19,253 bases of DNA from Octopus sinensis (lineage: Eukaryota). This document shows positions 9,370 through 18,349 of this stretch, in pieces. The position numbers and the translations under genes were made by a program. The first letter of the stretch is position 1, and each line of letters begins with the position of its first letter. Where the stretch lies: positions 1 through 19,253 of the forward strand of contig NW_021824192.1 of the NCBI RefSeq assembly GCF_006345805.1, read 5' to 3'. Below the pieces are notes generated by a model. The model searched no databases, was not told where the DNA came from, and was given only the letters and a program-made list of their open reading frames with translations.

Positions 9370-9935
9370 ACTTTAGAGGACAAAGCAAAGAATGTGTGTA
9401 TGAATGTGAGTCTGTGTTCTGAGGGTTTTGCGTCTAAACAAGAGTAACATAATAGCAAAAGAAATCAACGATGTAGAATACTCAATCAGGAGGAGATGTT
9501 TGAGGGCTGCTCATGGAAAAACACTGGAGATCCATCTGTGCCCTGACTGCTGGAGCAGGTGCTTTTCTCATCTCTTTTTCTCCAATGACAGGGCTTTGGT
9601 CAGCGCAGGCCCGTTCACTAGCACCATTCTCACCACTCTCATCCATTTTTCAGCAAACTGGCTATAAGGTAACACTTCCCTCTCTACTCTTATTTTGATC
9701 AGGGGTTCGCCAAAGAGAAAAGGGTTTCTCTTCAGCCCCTTTAGTCTTGTCCACCATACAACCTCGTTAGCCATGGCATATAAAGGCAGTCTGCCCTTCC
9801 CGGTTAAAGGAAGGCGGTGGTGCGATCTTCACGTTGGATTCAGTTGACAGCCGGATGCGCCCCTCAGGCAACAGCAGGTACTCGTCATAATCCAACAGGT
9901 CAGTAAAGCTCGGGTACTGGACCAGTGCATGCATG
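9370..9935 (-). mobile_element. 5'-truncated, frameshifted Tx1/L1-clade LINE 3' end (end of ORF2 plus 3' UTR)
   Basis: Hand translation gives HALVQYPSFTDLL...FNREGQTAFIC, then a frameshift, then MANEVVWWTRLKGL...KIRVEREVLPYSQFAEKWMRV (stop at 9568). This resembles the tail of the C-terminal CCHC knuckle (H-x4-C, here C>Y) and the downstream region of Tx1 ORF2. Confidence 0.7.
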
Positions 9936-9999
9936 AATATATTTGTTTATTAATTTTTTGAAATACATATTTTACCTGTGAATTTGCGTGTTTAATCTG

Positions 10000-10083
10000 G
10001 GAATGCATACAATGAGCTTCTCTGCCCTAGGTGTACGGAAAACACTCGGCGAGGAACGGAAGAAAATTTGAAGAAAGAAGGAA
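10000..10083 (+). mobile_element. Probable R4/Dong-type retroelement 3' UTR remnant
   Basis: GCCCTAGGTGTACGGAAAACACTCGG resembles the CCYAGG...CTCGG motif at 12630-12652. Followed directly by (AAT)n. Confidence 0.5.
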
Positions 10084-10094
10084 ATAATAATAAC

Positions 10095-10149
<55 letters not shown>

Positions 10150-10170
10150 GAAGTAATATTAATAATAATA

Positions 10171-10238
10171 ATGGGTATGCTGGGCTTCATATATTTTACC
10201 CCAGTGTCACTTTGATGGCATGCACTGCTCTCTCACTC
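10171..10238 (+). mobile_element. 68-bp 3' end of an (AAT)n-tailed repeat
   Basis: Close match to 11900-11964, with (AAT)n on both sides. Confidence 0.75.
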
Positions 10239-10314
10239 AATAATAATAATAATAATATAATAATAACAATAATTATAATAATAACAATAATAATAATTAA
10301 AAAAAAAAATTTTT

Positions 10315-10472
10315 TTTTAGACATTCATTAGTACAACACCAAAAACTCCCCCCCCCAAATATATGGCACACTAGGCATAACAACAACATGAACTTCCAAC
10401 CTGTTGTCTCTTGAGGTCTCTGGGTGAGAGTTGGAGCCAACTTGTACAAATATAAAGCAAAAGTCAAACATA

Positions 10473-10473
<1 letters not shown>
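10315..10473 (+). mobile_element. Probable R4/Dong-type 3' UTR remnant
   Basis: TTGAGGTCTCTGGGTGAGAGTTGGAG motif, with the end AAGTCAAACATAG running into (AAT)n. The family assignment rests partly on recall. Confidence 0.55.
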
Positions 10474-10534
<61 letters not shown>

Positions 10535-10894
10535 TAACACTAATTATAATAATAATAATAACAATAATTATAATAATAATCATCATAATATAATTGAACT
10601 GAAGCCAACATTAAGTAGAATTTGAATAAGTTGAATAAAAACAACCGCAATGTTTTGTACAAATTGTATTGTATTATTGTGACATAAATACGTTTCTAAA
10701 TTATATTAATGAAGTTAGATGGACATGAAAACAAGAATATGTCAAGGGAGAACTGACATTATGTTGTCAGGTGGAAGTCAATACTAAAATAATAATGCTT
10801 TTTTATTGGCTACAAGTGCCCCGAAAATGTATTTAGTATAATGAAAAGACAAAGGACGTCGGGAATTATATAGAAACGTCTAAGCAATATAAAT

Positions 10895-11303
10895 CTTTTT
10901 CTCTTTTTCCTTCTTTTGCTGCCATTATTTGACTGCGGCCATGCTGGGGCTCTCCCCTGAAGGGTTTTAGTCGAACAAATCGACCCTATGAGGTGTTTTT
11001 AATGCATAGTACATATTCTATCGGCCGATTTTGCTGAAGCGGTGAGTTACGGAAACGTAAACACACCAACACCGATTGTCAAGCGATGGTGGGGGGGGTG
11101 TCAAACGCAGACACAAAAACACACAGATATATAGAAATAGAAATATACGACGGGCTTCTCTCAGTTTCCTTATACCAAATCCACTCATAAGGCTTTGATC
11201 GACTCGAGAACATAGTAGAAGACAGTTACTCATGAATCCATGCAGTGGAACTGAACCCGAAATCACCTGGTTGCGATGTAAGTTCCTTATAACATAGCCA
11301 CCC
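10895..11303 (-). mobile_element. Family A SINE, full length, diverged
   Basis: Both halves are present in reverse orientation. Confidence 0.85.
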
Positions 11304-11843
11304 TTGTAAAAAAACTCAACCTTCAAATTTTCTGTTACGGGTGAAACACCGCCTTGGGCTACGAAAGACCCTCACGGAAATACATATATAGATATATATG
11401 ACGTGCGTCTTTCAGTTTCCGTCTACCAAATCCACTCACAAGGCTTTGATCGGCTCCAGGATATAGTAGAAGACACTTGCCTAAGGACCCATGCAGTGGA
11501 ACTGATTCCGAAACCATGTGGTTACGATGCAAGCTCCTTATAACACAGCCATCCCTCCAAAAAATAATCTCAGCATACAAGTTTCCTGTTACGGATGAAA
11601 CTCCGCCTAGGGTTACGAAGGAACCTCACAGAAATACACATATACATATATATACGATGTACATGTTTCAGGTTCCGTCTACCAAATCTACTCACAGGGC
11701 TTTGGTCGGCCCGTGTATACAGAAGAAGACGCCTGCCAAGGTACCATACAGTGGGACTGGACCTGGAACCATGTGATTGGGAAGCAAGCTTCTTACAACA
11801 CAGTCACCCCTGCAAAAAATCTCAACACACAAATTCCCTATTA
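11125..11843 (-). repeat. Tandem trimer (~253-bp period) of family A head plus ~80-bp spacer
   Basis: Heads at ~11147-11303, 11399-11553 and 11654-11808. Related spacers at 11304-11385, 11554-11638 and (partial) 11809-11843. Confidence 0.85.
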
Positions 11844-11844
11844 G

Positions 11845-11964
11845 CACATACAGTAGCCATGCATGTGCCTGGTGTACCCTTATCAGACGGGTGGTCATGA
11901 TGGTTATTCTGGGCTTCGTATATTTGCACCCCTGTGTCACTTTGATGGCATGCACTGCTCTCTC
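11845..11964 (+). mobile_element. Longer 3' end of the (AAT)n-tailed repeat seen at 10171-10238
   Basis: ...CTGGGCTTCGTATATTTGCACCCCTGTGTCACTTTGATGGCATGCACTGCTCTCTC followed by (AAT)n. Confidence 0.75.
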
Positions 11965-12002
11965 AATAATAATATTAATAATAATAATAATAACAACAAT
12001 GC

Positions 12003-12076
<74 letters not shown>

Positions 12077-12080
12077 CAAC
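11965..12080. repeat. (AAT)n array
   Basis: Directly visible. Confidence 0.95.
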
Positions 12081-12086
12081 CAAGGA

Positions 12087-12272
12087 AAATGCTTTCTAAT
12101 CGATGTATCAATACCAACAGATGACAATGTTTCTCTAACAGAAACTAAGAAACTTTCAACATACAAAGATCTGGAAATAGAGGTAACTCGAATGTGGAAT
12201 CTAAAAACAGAACCAATTTCTATCATAGGCGTATTAGATATGATAAAAAAAAACATTCAGACAAGTGAATAA
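12087..12272 (+). mobile_element. R4/Dong-clade non-LTR retrotransposon fragment 1: restriction-like endonuclease region
   Basis: Start-less open frame KCFLIDVSIPTDDNVSLTETKKLSTYKDLEIEVTRMWNLKTEPISIIGVLDMIKK fits the D...K...Y-x-x-L pattern of REL endonucleases. It is absent from the ORF track. Confidence 0.8.
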
Positions 12273-12700
12273 CAAAAACAGCAGACATAATTATTAAAGA
12301 CAGGGAAGAAAATATTTGTAAAGGAATTTGACAAATTAAAGACCTGCAACCTGAAATACAAAAGAGGTGGTATCTTAAAACGAGGACTGTTCCTGTTATT
12401 GTAGGTTCCCCAAGTATGATAAAAAAAAGGGATGCCAGAAAAAATTAGATAATATCCCAGGAGAACCATGCCTCAGATAAATCCAAAAGATTGTGTTGAT
12501 AAGTACTGCCCACATCCTTAGAAAAACCATATCCATTTAAATGTTTGTGTTGTATTACATGAAGATATTTCCATACCTCACCTCCCCAAGCTGTCAGTCA
12601 TGCTGTAACATCTTTTATTCTTCACTCGGCCCAGGACACACGCTGTATCTCGGCAAGTGACTATAACAAACATACAGATTAAAAGTAGTTAATAATAATA
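12268..12700 (+). mobile_element. R4/Dong-clade fragment 2: endonuclease C-terminus, stop and 3' UTR
   Basis: DIIIKDREENIC, a deletion, KDLQPEIQKRWYLKTRTVPVIVGSPSMIKK, a frameshift, then DNIPGEPCLR*IQKIVLISTAHILRKTISI* (stop at 12540). The UTR contains CCCAGG...CTCGG and is followed by AAT repeats. Confidence 0.8.
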
Positions 12701-12701
12701 A

Positions 12702-12924
12702 TTTTCTTTACTACCCACAAGGGGCTAAACACAGAGGGAACAAACAAGGATTGACAAACGGTTTAAGTCGATTACATCGACCCCAGTGCGTAACTGGTAC
12801 TTAATTTATCGACCCCGAAAGGATGAAAGCCAAAGTCGACCTCGGCGGAATTTGAACTCAGAACGTAACGGCAAACGAAATAAGGCAACGCATTTCGCCC
12901 GGCGTGCTAACGATTCTGCCAGCT
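12702..12924 (-). mobile_element. Family B SINE, tail A
   Basis: Reverse complement of 4412-4640 and 7451-7680. Confidence 0.9.
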
Positions 12925-13063
12925 AATTCTTTCTGTTATAGGCACAAGGTATGAAATGTTGCCAGGATAGGGTATGTCGAGTACATTGCACCCCCCCCCC
13001 CCAGGGGCACAACTGGAGCTTCTTTCATCGACTCGATCCCGAACTGATGAAAGTCAAAGTTCT
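12925..13063 (-). mobile_element. Family B SINE, tail B, decayed and 5'-truncated
   Basis: TAGGCACAAGG...CAACTGG...ATCGAC...CCCGAACTGATGAAAGTCAAAGT. Confidence 0.65.
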
Positions 13064-13072
13064 CTATGACAA

Positions 13073-13080
13073 CAATAATG

Positions 13081-13135
<55 letters not shown>

Positions 13136-13163
13136 TAATAATAATGATAATAATAATAATAAT
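13073..13163. repeat. (AAT)n array with GAT interruptions
   Basis: Directly visible. Confidence 0.95.
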
Positions 13164-13819
13164 AAACCTAAAAACAAACCTCAGAAATTTATTATTTTGA
13201 CGCCCTCAGCCTTCCCGAGAGAAACGTTGCCGTGTAAATGAAGCGAAATGGTTTTGTAACAAAACAAACAAAAAGTACAATAACACGTTGGAAATCGAAA
13301 GTGAAACTAAGTTGTGCAGTGTTGGCTTGCTTGCTTGTCTGTAACTTATCTGCTAACGTCTATAGTGATCACCAATGAAATACGAGATCGCTTGATTAAT
13401 GTGCTACAGTTTCAGTAGTCCCCAGAGCTATTTTAAATGTATATCTGATTAACATTGATTTTTTTCACTTGTACCTATAGATTCTGTCTCCCCCCCATCC
13501 TTCTCTTTCTATCTCTCTATATTTGTTTCGCTGTCTTTATCTGTCTCTCGCTCAGTGTTGTAAACAAGTCAACATATCGACTAATTGTTCTATTCCTTAA
13601 TTTTTTTTTTACGCGTCCTATATTTCAAGTTGACTATTAGGACACTTACTGTCTCCTTTATTCGTTCCACTCAGCGCAGTCTATAAGTATACGCAAACAT
13701 ACATACAAACATGTATGCTTACAAATATATATTTCCACATACATTCACGTACATACATACATACATACATACATTACATACATACATACATACATACATA
13801 TCTATATCTATCTATCTAT

Positions 13820-13987
13820 AGAGAGAGAAATACACCTATATATACACAAGCGCAAACGCATACATGTAAAACAAGGTGAGTAAGAATAGTTCTTGAATAC
13901 CGAAGCAGAGTAATATGCTTTTATGAAAGCCGACGGGTTTTATAAAACCACACACACACACACACATACACACACACACACACACAT

Positions 13988-14027
<40 letters not shown>

Positions 14028-14297
14028 TTGTATGCTATGTCTGTTGGTATATACACACACATATATATATATCAACATACATAGCATACAAATATATATA
14101 TATGTATGTATGCACGTGAATGTATGTAGAAATATATGTGTGTGTGTATGTGTGTGTGTGTGTGTGTGGTTTTATAAAACCCGGCGGCTTTCATAAAAGC
14201 ATATTACTCTGCTTCGGTATTCAAGGATTATTCTTACTCACCTTGTTTTACATGTATGCGTTTACGCTTGTGTATATATATGTGTATTTCTCTCTCT
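13820..14297. repeat. ~480-bp near-perfect inverted repeat (foldback)
   Basis: 13820-13950 pairs with 14168-14297 with 5 mismatches by eye. The CA/TG tracts pair, and inner arms 14020-14053 and 14066-14101 surround a CACACACA loop. Confidence 0.95.
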
Positions 14298-14299
14298 CT

Positions 14300-14312
14300 C
14301 CTCTCTCTCTGA

Positions 14313-14385
<73 letters not shown>

Positions 14386-14590
14386 ACATATATATGTCAT
14401 GCATCTTTTTTCCAAGTAAGTTTTATCTTAATAATTACGAGGTGGACTCTTCTATATCTTCTCTGTCTATCTCTCTGTCTATCTCGTTCTTCATCCTTTC
14501 AGGTTTTCTCTCCCACTCTTCCCTATTCTTCCCCTCTCCTCTTCACCGTTCCCTCTCTCTCTCTCACTCCTCCTCCTCGACTCTCTCCTC
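14300..14590. repeat. (TA)n followed by CT-rich low-complexity DNA
   Basis: Directly visible. Confidence 0.85.
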
Positions 14591-14869
14591 GCTGACACCT
14601 GACGAAAGAGAATCTATCTTTCTGACAATTACCTTCGTAAAGACAAAAACGTGCTTATTCTATCACCTTCATATGCTCATCCTCCTAGCGTTCAGAACAA
14701 TTTTTCCATCGTCTTGGCTTAACAGCCCTGAACGTTTGTTTTTACTGTTTTGTTCTCACTGTCCTGTTCTTGTTACCAGTTTTGACCCCTCCGCAAAAAA
14801 TCCCAAATTTCATTTAATTTGCTTTGCGGGAAGGACTGTTTCAACGAAGTTGCGTCTTATCCTTGCCTT

Positions 14870-15045
14870 CGCAAAGCAGAGTCAATGAAACTGGGACAAC
14901 TGAAGAAGAGGAATATTCTTTATGTTGTATGTTTCGTTTCTCTGTTTGTTTCTTTCGTTGTTCGAAAAAAAGTTCATCTCTATATTTTTGTTTTTATGTT
15001 TTCGTTCTCATTGTGTTCAACGTTTTTCTGATGTCCTGTACCCAT
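14870..15045 (+). mobile_element. Possible interspersed repeat end (Penelope-like, unverified)
   Basis: CAACTGAAGAAGAGGAATATTCTTTATG...GATGTCCTGTACCCAT followed by (TA)n resembles a repeat I recall from octopus. Single copy in this window. Confidence 0.3.
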
Positions 15046-15046
15046 A

Positions 15047-15079
<33 letters not shown>

Positions 15080-15206
15080 ATATATATATAATATATATGT
15101 ATGTATATATACATATATATGTAGTATGTACATATATGTATGTATATATGCATATAATTTGTACATTATTTATATTAATATATATATATATATATAAAGT
15201 TGTGAA

Positions 15207-15340
15207 GGCGTATGGCTTAGTGGTTAAAGTGTTGCACTCACAATTGCAATATTGTAGGTTCGAATCCCAAACTGGCTGTTGCGTTGCGTTCCTGAGCAAA
15301 GCACTACATTTCACGTGACACCCAGTTGCCCCTGTACAGG
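15207..15340 (+). mobile_element. tRNA-headed SINE (family E), head plus CORE-like segment
   Basis: TGGCTTAGTGG A box, GGTTCGAATCCC B box (15257-15268), then TTCCTGAGCAAAGCACTACATTTCACG. There is no tRNA acceptor stem closure. Confidence 0.75.
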
Positions 15341-15460
15341 TAATGTCGATCTATAGCGATCGAATGTTTGTGTAGACATAAGCTCACTCCCTAAATTAGA
15401 TCGACATTATCTGCACAGGTAATCTCTCACACACATCTCATTAGTCATATTTATAAGAAT

Positions 15461-15526
15461 GAGTGAATGATACATACACTGATATAGCGGAAAGCTTGCT
15501 GGGCGGAAATGAACACAGAGCACGGA
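15461..15526 (+). repeat. ~66-bp direct repeat, copy 1
   Basis: Matches 16184-16248. Confidence 0.9.
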
Positions 15527-15589
15527 GCGTTAGATAAACAGGCAGACAAAGCGACAGAGATATAAAGAGAGAAACAGATAAATACAGAG

Positions 15590-15760
15590 CAGGGGATGAT
15601 CGACGATATTCCCAGTTCTTGACCAGTGCTATGTTTTGTTAACCTCCAAAAAGTTGAAGTAACATTGGCGCGATTTGAACACAGAACGTAAAAATCGAGA
15701 ACGTGTATCGTTGGATTATTTTCTGTCTGATGGTCTTAAGATTCTGATAATCCAATATCA
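15590..15760 (-). mobile_element. Family B SINE, heavily decayed
   Basis: TTGGCGCGATTTGAACACAGAACGTAAA matches CTCGGCGGAATTTGAACTCAGAACGTAA. Confidence 0.55.
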
Positions 15761-16183
15761 ATATTTTATAACATTTACACGACATATCGACTTCCATTTG
15801 CTAATATTTAATATAATAATTTAATTATATTCGCATCAGGATAGAAGCAATTATTTGTTGGTTAATGTGAATTAGAGTAATGTCGGTAAATTCATTTAAA
15901 ATGTTAAAATTTAGTATTTTGTATTGTGTTAATGGAATGAAATTTTTTGTCATCTTTTTTCTGTTTTCATCTTCAATGTAAAGTTCAAAGAGAAGTTAGA
16001 ACACGTGTTAAAATTGCGTAACATGTGTTCTATGTATCCGCATCATTCCCCTACCCCATCATCAATAAATATCCGTGCTGATGTGTTCGAATTCGATGGA
16101 TATAGCTCATGGACAATTAGTGAGACGAACAGATGCGTATTGGTCTTTTTGAGGCTTGTCACTGACGTATATTCAGTAGGTGG

Positions 16184-16248
16184 GAGTGAATAATACATAC
16201 ACTGATATAGCGGAAAGCTTGCCGGGCGGAAATAAACTGAAGCACGGA
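16184..16248 (+). repeat. ~65-bp direct repeat, copy 2
   Basis: Matches 15461-15526. Confidence 0.9.
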
Positions 16249-16370
16249 ACTGAAACAGCATTAAGAAGCAATAAATAATTGCTTAATGTTCAACAAGGGG
16301 TGAATTTTCTAATCCAATTAAAGTTTCGTACCTTGTACTGTAATTATGAAAAGGCAAGCTTCTCTCTGTT

Positions 16371-16408
<38 letters not shown>

Positions 16409-16536
16409 CTTATATGGTATCGATCGCCAATTCAAAATATTGAGTAAAGGATCAAATTTTAAAAAAATCTAAATACTCAGTGCTTTACATTAAACAAGAC
16501 ACACACACAACACACACACACACAGATTATTATATA

Positions 16537-16598
<62 letters not shown>

Positions 16599-16605
16599 CG
16601 ACGGG

Positions 16606-16879
16606 GAGGCACATGACCTAGTGGTTAGAGCAGCGGATTCGCGTTCGAGGGATCACAGGTTCGAATCTCAGACTGGGCGATGTGTGTCTTTATGAGCGAA
16701 ACACCTAAGCTCCGCGTGAACTTCTGCTGACACTTTCGCCACAACTTTCTCTCACTCCTTCCTCCTGCAATTTGCAGCTCACCTGGGACGCACCGGTGTC
16801 CCGTCCAGGTGGGGAGCCTATACGTCAAGGAAACCGGGAAAACGGCCCTATAAGCCAGGCATGGCTGGAGAGGGAACGA
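16606..16879 (+). mobile_element. tRNA-headed SINE (family D) with CORE-like and V-domain-like segments, flanked by an 8-bp TSD
   Basis: TGACCTAGTGG A box, GGTTCGAATC B box, and TGTCCCGTCCAGGTGGGG resembling the V-SINE domain. ACGACGGG occurs at both 16598-16605 and 16880-16887. Confidence 0.8.
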
Positions 16880-17027
16880 ACGACGGGCTTCTTTTAGCTC
16901 CCGTCTACCTAATCCACTCACAAAATTTTGGCCGGCCCGAGGCTATAGGAGAAGACACATGCCCGAGGTACCACGCAGTGGGACTGAACCCGAAACCATG
17001 TAGTTGGGAAGGAAGCTTCTTACCACA
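16880..17027 (-). mobile_element. Family A SINE 5' half (host of the family D insertion)
   Basis: Reverse head. Its internal (TA)n(CA)n tract lies at ~16500-16597, on the far side of the insertion. Confidence 0.88.
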
Positions 17028-17481
17028 CATATTATCATATATATTGGGTGTTAATATGATTTCGATTGTTTATATACCACACAAGCTCTTAGTTATGAAA
17101 TCAAGCTTTAAAATTCTACTGTAGTCATTTTCTACTTGGTTTCTTTCTTCTAAGCTTTCTAATAACCAACTACCCAGTAGAAGCTACGATGCACGTATAA
17201 GGGTTTAATAAAACCATATATGTATTCGTGTGTTTTGACCATTGGTGTGGGTCGGTTTGGGAGATTATCTGTCCTAGTGGGGGATTATTATCTGTATGGA
17301 TATTTATAGTTTTGTATATGTAAGCTTTATGGTAAATTCTGCATGAGTGAGCAGAATAGGATTTTTAATAAAGAATTACATTCAGCGTTCACTCTATTTA
17401 CGCATACACACATTTTTAGATACGAACACACGTTGTGTGTAGATACACACACACATATGCATATTATATATAAAGACATAC

Positions 17482-17548
17482 TTGCATCCAATGACAGAAT
17501 CTCTCGTCGAAGACAAGGGAAATTAGCTTTCAGTTTCTGCTGAACGAC
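17482..17548 (-). other. Candidate 67-nt exon (open frame VVQQKLKANFPCLRREILSLDA)
   Basis: Minus-strand acceptor TTAATTTGTGCCTGCAG and donor CAA/GTATGT, with one open frame. No recognisable homology. Confidence 0.25.
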
Positions 17549-17669
17549 CTGCAGGCACAAATTAATTGCTTGTGGTGAGCAAGTGCATGTAGTGTAGGTT
17601 AGCTGCATCAAATCGACATTAGCTGTACAGGTACACATGTTTGCCACGTGTCAGATGTCGAAATAATTG

Positions 17670-17757
17670 CTCAGCGAAATAAAATAAAATGTTTCGCTCA
17701 AGAAGATAACACGCCGCTCGATCCGGAAATCGAACCCCCGATCACTACGCCACACAC
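17670..17757 (-). mobile_element. Decayed tRNA-headed SINE head
   Basis: Minus strand reads GTGGCGTAGTG..GGTTCGATTTCC..CTTGAGCGAAACATTTTATTT. Confidence 0.5.
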
Positions 17758-17774
17758 ACCATGTAAGAGGTGTA

Positions 17775-17775
17775 T

Positions 17776-17808
<33 letters not shown>

Positions 17809-17831
17809 GATATATATATATATATATATAT

Positions 17832-17874
<43 letters not shown>

Positions 17875-17950
17875 ATATTCATATATATATATATATATAT
17901 GTAATACACAATTTATCTATATTTGTGTGTATATATATATATATATACAC
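17775..17950. repeat. Interrupted (TA)n array
   Basis: Directly visible. Confidence 0.95.
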
Positions 17951-18059
17951 ACACAATAGTGACCTGGTTCATAATGAGAAAACATTATAGTTTAAAACAA
18001 GTGAAATAAATAGATTGATTCGCAGTTCTCTAATTAATAGGCGCATATAAACATTTACA

Positions 18060-18071
18060 CGTATACATACA

Positions 18072-18102
<31 letters not shown>

Positions 18103-18279
18103 CCAAGCCTTCACTGGAAATGTAAAGGTCTGTAACGCTTTCCAGAAGTCTACCATTTAAGTATATATGAGTATGTCTAGACATGCAAGTATATACACGA
18201 GAAGACATGCATCGAATAAAACATACAAATCTTCACGTATACATACATACATACCTAAATACATACATACATACATACA

Positions 18280-18315
<36 letters not shown>

Positions 18316-18345
18316 TACATACCTAAATACATACATACAAACAAA
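18060..18345. repeat. (CATA)n arrays
   Basis: Directly visible at ~18063-18100 and 18238-18340. Confidence 0.9.
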
Positions 18346-18349
18346 AATA

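Larger units (their letters stand above)
10083..10590. repeat. (AAT)n arrays interleaved with retroelement 3' ends
   Basis: Arrays at ~10083-10170, 10239-10298 and 10474-10590. Confidence 0.95.

Noticed and set aside
13872-13881. Consensus donor AAG/GTGAGT in both foldback arms
   Set aside because: The upstream sequence is microsatellite with no acceptor or credible exon.
14599-14630. CTGACGA followed by a hairpin as a hammerhead
   Set aside because: No GAAA follows the stem and stems I and III are missing. The same applies to CTGAAGA near 14900.
14394-14888. 164-aa ORF as a gene or Penelope GIY-YIG remnant
   Set aside because: The first half is CT-repeat translation. The KNPKFHLICF resemblance to Penelope C-termini is too weak to call.
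16005-16261. Overlapping 62-aa and 72-aa ORFs in unique DNA
   Set aside because: No recognisable domain, non-ATG or weak starts, and no convincing splice sites.
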